The notes: generated from the letters alone by a model not told the origin. A stretch of 64,000 bases of DNA from Eledone cirrhosa (GCA_964016885.1 OZ024761.1:4774001-4838000); one strand, 5' to 3'. Counted from the stretch's first letter, positions 39,246 through 54,304 are shown. Made by a program: numbers and translations.

Positions 39246-39629
39246 TTTCACATACACGCGTATGTACTTTATGCCAAGATAAGAACTGTAGTCCTCTGCA
39301 TTTCCGATTTTGACACTCAGGTTCTGGTGTTTTACACTCCACTCTTGTCTCATTTGCTCTTAAAACGCACCATCCCATGATAGTGTAAAGATTGTCATCC
39401 TTTGCACTTCTCGATTCTGACACACAGCCTTTCTACTTCACTCAATATTTTCCAAATCTTTCAAACTTTGATATTGGTTGTAACACACACGCATTTTATT
39501 TTATTTTATTTTATTTATTTATTTATTTTTATTTTGTATTTATTTTTTTAAATCTTATTTTTTATCTGTTTGGCACCCCCCACCACGTGAAATGGTGGCA
39601 GGATAGATGCCAACCCTCACACACAAAGA

Positions 39630-39910
39630 GATAAAATCAGAGTGTATAGAGGAGCCAGAACCAAATGGGAAAAAATGGTAAATAATGGCATAAATGGGAC
39701 CTGCCCCTTGTATAGGAGCAAATTTTGGAAAAGAATAGAAAGAACTAGGAATAAGGCTAATAGAATAAACTCATGGTATGATAGCAATAAATACCAGAGC
39801 GTTATGTTCATCGATACAACCCCTAGAAGTGAATTAGCTTACAAATTTAGAAGGGCCCTAGATAAACATAATAAAGTTATAACCCCACTATCCGGGAGCT
39901 TCCAACTGTA
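39630..39910 (+). mobile_element. Possible Penelope-like linker-region fragment
   Basis: PLYRSKFW..SWY..SVMFIDTTPRSELA..R resembles the PLE region between RT and GIY-YIG; adjacent to a hammerhead-bearing repeat. Confidence 0.4.
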
Positions 39911-39967
39911 ATGGTTGCATCCTTTAAGGGTATGTCAATATTTATTTATAAAACTGCTCTATATTAT

Positions 39968-40030
39968 ATTTTATCTGATGAAAGCACACCATAATTTAAC
40001 TTGGTGTCCTTGAAATATGTATAATGAAAT
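39968..40030 (+). ncRNA. Minimal type I hammerhead ribozyme
   Basis: AUUUUAU-CUGAUGA-aag(cacacca..uggugu.)cuu-GAAA-UAUGUAUA-AUGAAAU. Confidence 0.72.
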
Positions 40031-40091
40031 AAATATGGTTTTATAAATATAGTTTCCATTTGTTAATATCGTATATATATATATATATATC

Positions 40092-40237
<146 letters not shown>

Positions 40238-40268
40238 CATGAAACAAAGTTCTGTTTAAATCATTTAT

Positions 40269-40317
40269 TTGCTTACAATTGTTTCTTCGAAACCGAGGTT
40301 TGGAGTCTTCGGAGCAA
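40269..40317 (-). ncRNA. Degenerate hammerhead motif (U4C)
   Basis: UUGCU-CCGAAGA-...-GAA-ACAAUUGU-A-AGCAA. Confidence 0.5.
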
Positions 40318-40684
40318 TTATTCAATGATTTTTAACATACTTGACCTCCTTTTCAACACAAGAGACATATAGAAACATATGTATATATTGACCCACAGTG
40401 GGTTGACATCCATTATAATAATATAGCATGGTAATTTACATACAAAGATTACAGTCATATTAAAGGACAAAATTAAAGTTAAAATTAAAATTAAAAATTA
40501 AAATAAAACATTGGCAGTCTACTAAGATAAAGCAAAAGGAAAGTTTGGAGTAGCCAGTGTATGCAACAGTCTCACGTGTGGCATATATATAATATAATGA
40601 TATATATATAATATAATGATATATATATAATGTATTGATATATATGTATGTATACTATATACATGTATGCATGTGTATGTATAT

Positions 40685-40970
40685 GCGCGGGGACATAGAA
40701 ATAATCGGGCTGGACACCCGATCACACGGTTAAACCACTGGGAGTAAAGGACCCCTAGCCTTTGTCAGGGCATACTTCTAGGAGAAGGCAACCCAGGAAA
40801 CTCAGATAACTCTGACATAAAACATGCGGCTCAGTAGTTACCGATGATGTTGATCTTTTCTTCTTTTCGAGTTATAGCTACTGTCGCTCAGAGCATGGGA
40901 TTGGCTCAGTGCACAGACTTTCCTCACTTTAAAAAATCTTCAAGCACAGGCATTGCAGGATAGAATTGAT
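40685..40970 (+). mobile_element. Copy of the short RTE-5'UTR-related element
   Basis: Reverse complement of 26786-27070. Confidence 0.6.
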
Positions 40971-41020
40971 TATATATATATATATATATATATTGATTAT
41001 ATATATATATATATATATTG

Positions 41021-41069
<49 letters not shown>

Positions 41070-41184
41070 GCATATATATATATATATGCATATATATATA
41101 TATATATGCATATATATATATATATGCATATATATATATATATATATATGCATATATATATATATATATATATGCATATATATA

Positions 41185-41283
<99 letters not shown>

Positions 41284-42325
41284 CGTATACTTTCTCGTAC
41301 GTATATTTGATTGTATATGTTATGGCGTATATATTATATATTCTGGTACATATGCTTTTGGTTATGTGTACTTTGTGTTTTGGTTGACGTACGTCTCCGA
41401 ACATATGTGTATTTACATGTAGGTATGTGTGTACGCTTGTTATATACGTATTTATTTATTTATATACGTTTATTTAATTATATGTATACACGCACACACA
41501 CACACACACATATATATATTTTTTTTATACATATTTTTATGTGTATTTGGTGTATACATTCGTATGTGTGCGGTTCAGGCGTTGCGTGGGTTCTGTATGT
41601 GCGTGCGGGTTTTTTGTGTGTACGTGCGTGTATTTGTATACCTATGGGGAGTGTTTTCGAGTATGCTTGTGTATGTACGTATATGGGTGCGTGCATGTAT
41701 TTATTTAATTTCAATTACATCTGTATTTTATTTACTTTATTCTTAACTCTGAAGCCGAGAATCATTCGGTTTCCTAGTTAGAATTCTAGTCTACGACTTC
41801 AGCTATACCATTTACGTTGTTTTGTCTTTGCGTGTAATTGTTCTCACGCTCCACATATGACGTATTATCTTCGTTTTTTTTCGTTCATTGCCAAAGAACG
41901 TCTCCATGAACCACCTAATAGAATATTAGTCTACGACTTCTTTTATACCATAAACCTGGTTTTGTCTTTGCGTGTAATTGTTTTTCACCGATCCAAATAA
42001 TTGTTTCTACTTTAGGCACAAGGCCAGCAATTACCCAGTGCATTACTGGTACTTTATTTTATCGACCCCGTAAGGATGAAAGGCAAAGTCAACCTCGGCG
42101 GGATTTGAAGTCAGCTCCAAATAATGACGTATTATATTCGTTTTTTCCCGTTCTTTGCCAGGGAACGTTTCCACGAACCAAAGTATCGTCTTCCTGTCTT
42201 CCTCCGGTTGCAACGTTTTTTGAAATATTCACTTCTGTGTTCACAGATTGACTTTGTTAGTTTCAGAAGATCCCGTTAAGGGTGAAAGCAGCGATTCTTT
42301 GCTTAAACTTTAATCTGTTATTTTA

Positions 42326-42363
<38 letters not shown>

Positions 42364-42676
42364 CTTAAACTAAAATTATAATCTAAAAAGTAATGTATAT
42401 TGACTAATTTTGATATAATATATAAGTATAATTATCTTAACCATAATCAAATACAAGAGATATTCAATGGTGTATGGTAATTGATTGGTTGCCTCAATTG
42501 ACCTAATATTTGAAAACAACGGTTTTTTCTATATATCCCAACATATATTTTATGTTCCCTCTCTTTTGTCGTTATTTTTCCTTTTTTCTTCCTCTATTCA
42601 TCCACCCTTTTATTTATTTTTATTCATTTAAATATTTATGTATGTATTTAATTTTTCCTATTTTTTCTTATTTTTT

Positions 42677-42764
<88 letters not shown>

Positions 42765-42932
42765 TTTTCTTGCCTTCCTCTTCTTTAAACCCTCTCTTAT
42801 ATCTCTAATGCGCTCCACGTCCCTTTCTTCTTTATGTTTATCATATTATTAAGATTTGATTAAATAAATCACTGCCAATACAGGAATTGAACTATCAAGA
42901 CCATAGAGGTACGTCATATATCAAATCATATA

Positions 42933-42996
42933 TTTTATCTGACGAGGACGTACTGAAAAACAACAACACAGTACCTTCGAAATATATATAATAAAG
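42933..42996 (+). ncRNA. Minimal type I hammerhead ribozyme
   Basis: UUUUAU-CUGACGA-(..guacug/caguac..)-GAAA-UAUAUAUA-AUAAAG. Confidence 0.75.
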
Positions 42997-43059
42997 CATA
43001 TATTTTGATTATGTGAATATCTTCATTTGTTAATATTTTGAATAATATTATATATATAG

Positions 43060-43474
43060 GGCGGGCAAAATTCCCGAGATCCATGGACGAGTTCTCTCCA
43101 GCGGTCTCTGTCCCTCATTATCGCTGCCATGTCCTGCGTCTCCAACAGACCACTGTCTGTCCTTAGGGCATCAACATACGTTAACCTTGGTCTTCCTCTT
43201 CTAGTGTGTCCATGTAGCGGCTCCCACAGGAGAGTTAAGGCGAAAAAGGTATCAGATGGTGAATTTGCCGACGACATAGTTTGGGTGACAAATACAGTGA
43301 AGGAGGCAGAGGATTTGATGCGGGAGGTTGAGACTGTGTCGATGAGTGTGGGGCTGAGAATGAATGAGACTAAAACAAAATATCTGGTAGAGAATGTTGA
43401 GAAGCCAGAGGGGATCACCAATGTAGGCGGGAAGCTGCTAGAATTGGTTGAGGGCTTCCTGTATTTGGGAGCAA

Positions 43475-43478
<4 letters not shown>
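43060..43478. mobile_element. RTE LINE fragment with inverted 5' part
   Basis: 43060-43232 (-) encodes LLWEP..RGRPRLTYVD..DRDRWR (3' end). 43233-43478 (+) encodes FADDI..GLRMNETKTKYL..FLYLG (RT). Confidence 0.75.
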
Positions 43479-43512
<34 letters not shown>

Positions 43513-43731
43513 GATATTAAACAAATGGAAACTACATTTATAAAACCATATCTATTTCATTATATATAATTCAGGGATATCCCTGAAATATATATAATGA
43601 AATAGATATGGTTTTATAAATGTAGTTTCCATTAGTTTAATATCGTAAAATACTCCAAAACTTGTTGAGTGCTTTTATATCAGTTATAAAATATTTACTC
43701 GTTGTAACCCAACAATTTTAAATAAAACATT

Positions 43732-43769
<38 letters not shown>

Positions 43770-44021
43770 AACGAGTAGGACCCCGACAGCTGAGCTCAAG
43801 CCGTTTCGACGGCTAATTCTGGAATTAGTCCAGAATTAGCCGTAGAAACGGCTTGAGCTCAGCCGTCGGGGTCCTACTCGTTCCTATTACCCACTCTACT
43901 ACCCAAAGTATTGAGTACTTTAGTGCGTTATGGTCCACCTGGTTCCTTACCACATTTCCTTCGTTATATATATATTATGGAATACTGTTAGCTTCTCGCT
44001 ACAATAATTTCTATACTTTTC

Positions 44022-44071
<50 letters not shown>

Positions 44072-44429
44072 AAAAAAAGATGAAATCGAAAATGCAACTG
44101 GAGTCTTATTTTTAAAAATATATATATTTATTTGGTTCCTTTACCGGTTATGCAATTCTTCTGCTTTAAAAAGTAGAGTTGAGATGGAGGGTCTGTGGTT
44201 TTTCTCACATCTGGTTGGTCTCTGAATGTTACTTGTTTTATATGGAAAAAAGTGGCTCGAAACGTCAGGTTTTTAGAGAAGTAATTTGATTGGTTGATGA
44301 ATAAGTATAATAAATTTCGCGCCAGTTCGCGTTACAAAGTTCTTCAAACAAGCGGGGGGGGGGGGGGGGGGGGGCTCACGTTGTTTTTTCATATATGAGT
44401 GTTTGAATTTCTTTTTACTTAAAAATTTT

Positions 44430-45184
44430 GTGCCAAATATATCCGGGAAGTTTTACCTGGTGAAATAGTTGAAATTAGCCAAACAGGAATTAAGTCCCTT
44501 TGTCGAATGCCCTGTCCTGACAACAAACACTGTTTTCTGTATATTTGAATATGTATATTTTGCACGACCAGACAGTATTATAGAAGGTCAAATCGTATAT
44601 TCTGTGAGAAAAAGGTGTGGTCAACAACTGGCTATAGAATTTCCTGTGGATGTAGATCTGGTCAGTACTGTCCCAGAATCACCAACACCTGCTGCTATAG
44701 CCTATGCTGAGATGCTCGGAATTCCTTGTGGTGAAGTGCTGTGTAAAAACCGCTATGTCGGTTGTACATTCATCCAACCAAGCTTAAGACTCCGACAACT
44801 TGGTGTTGCTAAGAAATTTGGTGCCCTGACTGAGAATGTCAAGGGAAAACGGATTGTCCTTATTGATGATTCTATTATGCGTGGAACAACGATGGCCCCT
44901 ATCATTAAACTACTGAAGTCTTCAGGAGCCACTGAAGTCCATATAAGAGTGGCTTCTCCAGCTGTTAAACACCCATGTTATATGGGTATAAATATCCCAA
45001 CTAGGGAAGAGTTGATTGCAAACAAGTATGGTTCCACTGAGGTGCCAACAGCTTAGAATATCTCTCTGTTTATGGGCTTCAATTAGCTGTCAGAAAAGGT
45101 GCTATTTTCAATGCAGAGGATGGTAAACGTGGATATTGTGATGCTTGCTTAACTGGGTGCTACCCCACTGAGCTAGATTGGTGA
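44430..45184 (+). pseudogene. PPAT: Processed, 5'-truncated pseudogene of amidophosphoribosyltransferase
   Basis: [12 protein letters not shown], then [67 protein letters not shown]. No introns; frameshifts near 44530 and 45040-45065; N-terminal glutaminase half absent. Confidence 0.88.
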
Positions 45185-45321
45185 AAGAAAAATATCTCAA
45201 ATGTTGCTAACAACTGTCAACTCCAGCTCAGTTTTTCTTCTTATCATCATCATCCTCTTCCTTCTTTGTCTCTTCCTCATCTCTCTCTTTATCACTTTGG
45301 AAGAAATCATGGTTTGCTTGA

Positions 45322-45536
45322 CCCTTAGGCATTTACATTACTCTACATTTACTATTGTATTTTCACGGTAAAGGCTTTACCTCACATAATATCTCACATT
45401 GTATTCAATCTATCAGATTTTGATATTATTTAGTTTGAGAACAATAACTTAACATCAAGTGGCAGGTTACAGTCTGCTTGAACAGAAAAGGGTGAGATAA
45501 TTCTGGCCAGATACAGCCAGTTTAAATGCTAAAGGG
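45322..45536. mobile_element. piggyBac-like MITE
   Basis: TTGA|CCCTTAGGCATTTA ... TAAATGCTAAAGGG|TTAA. The same right end recurs at 56899-56917. Confidence 0.6.
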
Positions 45537-46828
45537 TTAAATAGCACAGATGTCTTGTTGTTAAGATGGTCATTTCCAGCCTCTTATCCTAAACTTTAAC
45601 ATCTAAATTTGCAATATTTAGTGTGTGTGTGTATGTTTGTATATATATTACGTGTGTATGTGTGCAATGTGTATGTCCCAGTGCAAATGACCATAATAAT
45701 AGTCAATCACTATAAATATATTTATAGTAATCGTTTGCATTGCAATGCACACATTTCAAATTCTCCCATTTCTGAATTGAACTGTTTTGAGCAAGACACA
45801 GTCATCTGATCTGACTTGTCTCACAACGGGGCAACTTGTCTAACCCATGCTAGCATAGAAAAATGGTCTTTAAACAATGATGATGATATATATATATATC
45901 ATCACCGTTTAATGTCTATTTACTATGCTTGAGTGCCAGAATTTATTTTTTCACTTTATAAGCTTTATTCATATTAGACTATTTTCTATAGTAAAAAACA
46001 AAATGGCAAAATTACTAATTCAATATAGAGAAGAATTGATAATCATCTATCTTTTTATATAATTTCTTCCATTGGTCACCGAACATCCAAGCTATTTTCA
46101 AACAAGAGGTGCTAAAAATGTTTTTTGACAAGGAGAATAACGACCAATCAATTGGATCCGCGGATGAAACCATGGTAGAGGTATTTAAATGTATTCTATT
46201 TTCTCCTAGTTTATTTTACACCTAATTCTGTTTAGTTGACTGTATCTGGGCGATTACGCTGTCGAAACATTCGATAAATATTCCGTTGCGGCCGACGCGA
46301 AGGGCTAGTTTCGGTTATTTGTCGGAGATTTCTTCATAGAAGCCCCATTCTTATAGCCTGGTCTATTCGATTTTTTATATAGTTAATTATGCTAATTGGG
46401 AGAGGAAATGGTATATATTTTATCTTGTGATTCTATAGACATGTTTTATGATATATATATATAGGAGGTGTGGTAAGGAACCAGATGAACCATAACGCAC
46501 CAGAGTACTCAATACTTAGGGTAGTAGAGTGGGTAATAGAAAAATGTTTGACCCGGACGGCAGAGCTCAAGCCGTTTCGACGACTTGAGCTCTGCCGTCG
46601 GAGTCAAACATTTTCCTATATATATATATATTATATTAGAAATATATATACGTATGTATGTATGTATGTATGTATGTATGTATGTATGTATGTATGTATG
46701 TATGTATGTATGTATGTATTATATTAGAAATATATATACGTATGTATGTATGTATGTATGTATGTATGTATGTATGTATGTATGTATGTAGGTATGTATG
46801 TATGTAGGTAGGTAGGTATGTATGTATG

Positions 46829-48803
46829 TTATCTCTTTCTCTTAATTTCGAGTATATTTTTTGACCGACACCTTCCTGGTGGCAAGGTTGTAAAAGAAAA
46901 GAAATTGTCATCCCTTGAATCGCAAGAATGTTTTGCAAATTTTGAAGGTGCCAGCTATCGCAGCTATTTGTAGACTATGAATTAGGGAGCTGCGCATTTT
47001 GTCCGCAGATCCAAGTTCAGTCATACTTTGGTCCAAGCGGGTTGGTATATAACCCGTAGCTCCAATAATGATGGGTATGAAGCTAAAGGTGTATCTTGGA
47101 TACTGGATTTGTAAACTCCTCATCAATGGTCCGTAGATGTCCTTCCTTCTCCTGTATTTTTCTGACAACGTTTACATCAAGTGGGCAGCTGATCTCCACA
47201 ACAGAAAACGTTTTCAATGTGTGGTCCCAAATAACAATATCAGGCCGGTTGTGCTTTAATTTGGTGGCAGTTTTTATTTTCAGGTTTCACCAGTATCCCT
47301 TAGTGCCATCTGTCTCAATATATTCTTCCTCGTTTGTTGTTAATTTTGTTTTCCGAAGTGCGTTCCAGATGGTTCTAGCTATCCCATTGTGTCTCATGTG
47401 GAGGTAGTAGCGAGATGACATTCTTTCGCAGCTGGCAACAATGTGGCTTACATCCTCGATCTTTGTTTTACATAGCCTACATTTATTGTCAGCTGCTGGC
47501 CCTCCTCTTTTGTGCAGCAGATATTTGGTAGGGAGTTCTTGTTCCTGTATTGCATAGAGATATCCCTCAAGGTGTGATGTCATAAACTTGTCGGAACTCC
47601 ATGCCAGGCTTTTTGAGTGGTTTATCCCCTCTATGGTCTGTGTTTTACGCCTCAAGTATCCATGCACAACTTTTTCTGTAAATTGGTCAATTTTTTTATC
47701 TTGTTTGAACATTGAATAGGATCTTCCGATTTCTCTGGGTGAGAGATTTATATCAGGCTTTATTCCATATCTCTCCTCCAGATCAGTCGCTAATCTAATG
47801 ATATTTTTTTTTCATGCTCATAATCCTGGGCAAGATGGTTGCCAACCTTTTTCCTCTGTTGAAGGTGTTGCTTCAGTGTTACTATCCGGGTCTCATATGT
47901 TGTTAATATTGATTTTAGACCCCGGCCACCTTCCTTGCGTGAGAAGTATAGCCTATCCACATCACCATTGATGTTAAAGTTCCCAGTAACACTGAGAAGT
48001 TTTCGAGTTCTAACATCCATCTCACTTAGTTCTTGCAATGACCAGTTCAGTAGGCCAAATGTTGGCGTTAGAATTGGCACAGCATAAGTATTGTGGGCAA
48101 TGTATTTGTTGTACGCTGACAGTTCTGATGACCATATTTTCTTTACTCTTCTGAGGTATTCAGTTCTGGTTCTCTCCTTATTTATGGATCCATCATATTT
48201 GACATTCTCATCCTGTCCAAGATATCTGTAGTTGTCACCTGACTGTAGAGGTTGTATTGTCAGGCCGTTCATCTCTAGATTTCAAGAGGAGGGCACAGCT
48301 CTTCCACGTTTTACTGCCAAATATGCACACTTGGACTCACCAAATTTCATTTTGATGTCGGTTGAAAAATGTGTAATGAGGTCCAATTGTTTCTTGATGT
48401 CATTGATATTTGGCCCATACAACTTCAGGTCGTCAACAAAGAAAAGATGGGAGATACTTCTGGGCCCACTTCTTTGTCCACCTTGTTTCCTGAGTAGGTA
48501 AGATAGTGGATTCAGTGAGAGAACGAAGAGTAGCACTGACAAGCTGTCACCCTGAAAGATGCCCTTCTGGTAATGTATCTTATCAGTCTTAACTTGCTAC
48601 TTCTCACCTCTAAGGATCAAATTGGTGTACCAGTTCTTGGTCAGGCGTTCAACAGCAGCTACCAATGGTTGTGGGACTTTAGCTAACTGTAAAGCCTTAA
48701 CAATCCACCGATGAGGTACACTATCAAATGCATTTTGATAGTCCAGCCACACCACAGTCATGTTTCTGCGATTCTTTGTTGTTTTTTCCTGAATCATTTT
48801 GTT
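46829..48803 (-). mobile_element. Second 5'-truncated copy of the same R4/Dong-like family
   Basis: Reverse complement is near-identical to about 14063-16038, with the same 3' end (AATTAAGAGAAAGAGA.AA then CATAC). Flanked by (TATG)n at 46652-46828 and 48804-48947. Confidence 0.92.
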
Positions 48804-49376
48804 TATGTATGTATGTATGTATGTATGTATGTATGTATGTATGTATGTATGTATGTATGTAGGTATGTATGTATGTATGTATGTATGTATGTATGTATGT
48901 ATGTATGTATGTATGTATGTATGTATGTATGTATGTATGTATGTATGTGCTATTAAAGGAAATAATGAAATACCTTCAGATCTGTTTCCAATTGACTTTG
49001 TCATTAGTTAGCGTACTTCCGTCCTTTAGCATGAATCATGAGAAGTTACTGTCTATTTAGAACATTCCTCAATCCTCTCTCTCTGTCGTAACTCTCTAAC
49101 ATCTTCTTCTCAGTCTCCAGTCTAAACATATTATTATTCTCCTCAAACGGCGCTGGATTGGCGGTATCGGTAGAGGAGGGTCGGACGCCATGTTTTGCAG
49201 CAAACAGTTACGGCCCTTTATCGTCTGAGTTCAAATCCTGCCGAGGCTAACTTTGCCTTTCATCCTTACGGAGTCGATAAAATAAAGTACCAGTAATACA
49301 CTGGGTTAATGGCTGGCCTTGTGCCAAAAGTAGAAACAATTATTATTCTCTTCAAAAGGATATAGCGGGAGGAAAT

Positions 49377-51195
49377 CACACACACACCACACACACACAC
49401 ACCACACACCACACACACCACACACACACACCACACACCACACACACACCACACAACACCCACACACACCACACACCACACACACCACACACACACACCA
49501 CACACCACACACACCACACACACACACCACACACCACACACACCACACACCACACACACACACATTCCACACACACACCACACAACACAACACCCACACA
49601 CACCACACACACCGCACACACACACCACACACCACACACACATTCCACACACACACATTCCACACACACCACACACGCACACCACACACACACCACACAC
49701 ACCACACACCACACACACATTCCACACACACCACACACCACACACACCACATACCACACACACCACACACACACCACACACACCACACACCACACACCAC
49801 ACACACCACACATACATCACACACATCACACACACACACCACACACACACACCACACACCACACACACCACACACACACACATTCCACACACACACCACA
49901 CAACACAACACCCACACACACCACACACACCGCACACACACACCACACACCACACACACATTCCACACACACACATTCCACACACACCACACACGCACAC
50001 CACACACACACCACACACACCACACACCACACACACATTCCACACACACCACACACCACACACACCACATACCACACACACCACACACACACCACACACA
50101 CCACACACACCACACACCACACACACCACACATACATCACACACATCACACACACACACCACACATACCACACACCACACACACAGATACACCACACACA
50201 CCACACACCACACACCACACATACCACACACACACACACACACCACACACCACACACACCACACACACACACATACACCACACACACCACACACACACCA
50301 CACACACCACACACACACCACACACCACAAGCACACACCACACACACACCACACACCACACACACACACCACACACACCACACACCACACACACAACACA
50401 TCACACACACCACACACACCACACACCACACACACACCACACACCACACACACACACACCACACACACCACACACCACACACCACACACACACACCACAC
50501 ACACGACACACACACCACACACCACACACCACACACACACACTACACACCACACACACCACACACACACACACCACACACACCACACACACACACACCAC
50601 ACACCACACACCACACACACCACACACCACACACCACACACACCACACACCACACACCAAACACCACACATCACACACACACACCACACACACCACACAT
50701 ACCACACACACACCACACACACACACACACCACACACACACACACCACACACCACACACACACACGACACACCACACACTCACACCACACACACACCACA
50801 CACCACACACACCACACACCACACACCACACACACTGCACACCACACACCACACACACACACCACACACACCACACACACTACCCCCCCCCCTAACACCA
50901 CACACACGCACCATACAGACCCCCCACACACCACATACCCCCCACACACACACTCACACCAAAAACATACACCTCACACACATACACACACACGCACCCA
51001 CCACACACACACACACACACCAAACACATACACCTCACACACACAGTCACACACACATCCACCACACACACACACACCAAACAGATACACCTCACACACA
51101 TACACACACAGACACATTACACACAGACGCACACATTCACTACACATACACACACGCACATACACACACACACGCATACTCACACACACACGCAT
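49377..51195. repeat. (CA)/(CACAC)-type degenerate microsatellite
   Basis: Direct reading. Confidence 0.95.
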
Positions 51196-52143
51196 ATATA
51201 TAATTGTTTCTACTTTTGGCACAAGGCCAGCAATATTCCCTGTGTATTACTGGTACTTTATTTTATCGACCCCGTAAGGATGAAAGGCAAAGTTAACCTC
51301 GGCGGGATTTGAACTCAGACCGTAAAGGGCCGTAACTCTATGCTGCAAAGCATGGCGTCATACCCTCTACCGATACAGTTCCCCGCCTATATATATAATA
51401 TATAATTGGAGGCTTAGTAAAATCGAATCTCTGGCGGTGTGCAAGCAAATTCGACCTACTATATGAATGAGTTAGCAAAGCACTGGACAATGTAGGTCGT
51501 TAGAGTAATAACATACGTTTAAATAGCTTGACAAATTGAACATTGTGGTAGGCAAAATCTAACACACAATATACCAAAGTAACGAAAGAACAAACAGGTT
51601 GAGACAAATACACCTGTACAAATAAAACGTTATACGTTTAAAGTGTTTCTATGAAATCGAAATCAAATATCAGAATTACGTAACTGGCAAGCTCGTGGTA
51701 TTCATGATCGAACAGAGGATTCAATTCATCAACAGGTTTTCGTTCTACCAAAGAACGGGGCGAGATGCTAAATGTTGCCGCTAGCAGCAGCTAATCGTAT
51801 ATTTAGTTGTCACGTGTTATTTCCAGCAAGGGAAATATATATATACAATAAATGTAAATCTGAGTTTTTTTAATATTAATAATTGTTTCTACTTTTGGTA
51901 CAAGGCCAACAATTACCCAGTGCAGTACTGGTACTTTATTTTATCGACCCCGTAAGGATGAAAGGCAAAGAATCGATTCGTTTGCAATTATGCAAACAGC
52001 CTCTTTAAAGTCATGTCAGTAGAATGACTCCGCCGTTCTTGCTCTTGTGTTGGCCTGTAAACAGAACTGCAGACACTAATATTTCTGGGTTATTACCCTT
52101 CATCAGTATCGTATACTCTTTACCTGCAAACTCTCAGAGCTAG

Positions 52144-52190
<47 letters not shown>

Positions 52191-52517
52191 AGTAGGGAGC
52201 GCACAGGATAAAGATAAAGGAGTACCAGCAATAACTGGGTGATTAATCCTGTGATAGACTGGCTTCCTGTCCAAGGGGAAGTCTTGTACTGTCAGTCGTT
52301 TCACTCCAAAGAAACAGATAAGCACCGGCCTCCCAACAGCCCTTAGACTAATTAGTGCAACTTTGGGGATAAATCCATCCTGGTCGCCATTATTTCACTG
52401 AGTTCAAATCCTACCGAGGTTAACTTTGCCTTTCATCCTTACGGGGGTCTATAAAATAAAGTACCAGTAATGCACTGGATAATTGCTGGCCTTGTGCCAT
52501 AAGTAGAAACAAGTATG

Positions 52518-52768
52518 ATACTGTGAAAGAGGAGGAAACTGGCCTAGTTTGACCACATCAGATGACATGACAGCCTGTGTAAGACCATCGTGTTAGGCAC
52601 CGTTGAAGGGGGGGACAGGATGGGACACCAACGCAAAAACTGGTTGGACGCCAATGACGTCACCAGATTTGTTGTCGGCCGCCGTTGATAGACTATTTTG
52701 AGTGTGAGCTGCTGTTGTAGTAGGACCCCCCCCCCCTGCTGAGGTCAAGGGACTGATGATGATGACTG
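52518..52768 (+). mobile_element. Degenerate RTE LINE 3' end
   Basis: RRKLA.F.HI..HDSLCKTIVLGTVEG-like remnant; GATGATGAT tail. Confidence 0.6.
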
Positions 52769-53406
52769 TTATATATATTAATCTAGGTACATTGGTGGAT
52801 TGGCAGTATTGGTAGAGGCTCGGACGCCATGCTTTAACGCATAGAGTTACGGCCCTTGCCATTCTGAGTTCAAATCCCACTGAGGTTATCTTTGCCTTTC
52901 ATCCTTATGGGGTCGATAAAATAAAGTACCAGTAATGTACTGGTAATTGCTGGCCTTGTGCCAAATGTAGAAAGAATTATTTATATTCTGATTTAGGTAC
53001 AAAGCGGAAAGCGGGGGAGAGGAAAGTGGAACAAATCGACCCCAGTGCGTTACTGGTACTTTATTTTATCAACCATATAAGGATGAAAGGCAAAGCTAAC
53101 CTCGACAAGATTTGAACTCAGAACATAAAGGGCCGTAACTCTATGTCATAAAGTATTTTGTCCGATCTAAATAATAAATGTTTTCACTGTATCGTTGAAG
53201 TATTTATGTGAAAAAGATTCCTACTGGTAAATAATGACAACCATTCTAGTTATAAACATAGTAATAAAACTACACAAGCAGATAATAAACACACACACAC
53301 ACATACACACACACACAGAGGCAGATAATAAACACACACACACACACACACACAGAGAGAGAGGCAGATAATAAACGCACACACGCACACAAGCAGATAA
53401 ACACAC

Positions 53407-53445
<39 letters not shown>

Positions 53446-54033
53446 GGCAGATAAACACACACACACACACACACACACTCACACACACACACACACACAC
53501 GCAGATAAACACACTCACACACACAGACAATAAAGTAACACATACTTTACCTTAATTAAAATGTCAATAAATATATAATAAACAGGACTAAAACCCCCAA
53601 TTGTGTATTATACAAAAGAATGTTCTATTTGTTCGTTCAACTGAAGTACATTTCTCATTAAACAACTGTGTTGAAAACTCCACAAATATGTGTAACTTTA
53701 TACGTGAGCTGAGTAAAGTGGCCGTGCCAGTGTATGACAAAGTTAACCCTTTCAATTACATGTACGCATCATCTGACGGACTTCTACACAGTTGCTGTTT
53801 ACCAAAATGCGGCTGACTGAATACGCACGTGTGTTTTTTTTGTTTTTTTCTCATCTCAAATCCGTCCCTTCCTCTTCCCATTCTCTATCTTTCTATTTCA
53901 TCTGTCTTTCTCATTCTATTTTCTGATGAAGGTCTATTGTCTGAAACGTTAAGACCCCCTTCCTGCTATTTCAAGCGTTGAACTAATATATTTCTTCATT
54001 GTACTGTGTTATTGCTTTGTTATTTCTGATTAC

Positions 54034-54082
<49 letters not shown>

Positions 54083-54083
54083 T

Positions 54084-54124
<41 letters not shown>

Positions 54125-54304
54125 TCACGCACACACACATTCTGTGACACGCTGAATCTCCCTGAGAACTTAGTTAATGGTACGCGTGTCTGTGGAATGC
54201 TCAGCCATTTACACATCAATTTCGCGAGCAGATTCCGTTGAAAGTATCAATTGAAATACTCGTGTAATACTGAGTGCCAGTGTTTTTTTATTTACAAATT
54301 CCTC

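Noticed and set aside
44469-45056. Functional purF or bacterial horizontal transfer
   Set aside because: Animal-type sequence ([19 protein letters not shown] end), truncated and frameshifted.
49266-50949. Cys/Val-rich ORFs resembling metallothionein or keratin-associated proteins
   Set aside because: Translation of (GT)/(GTGTG) microsatellite.
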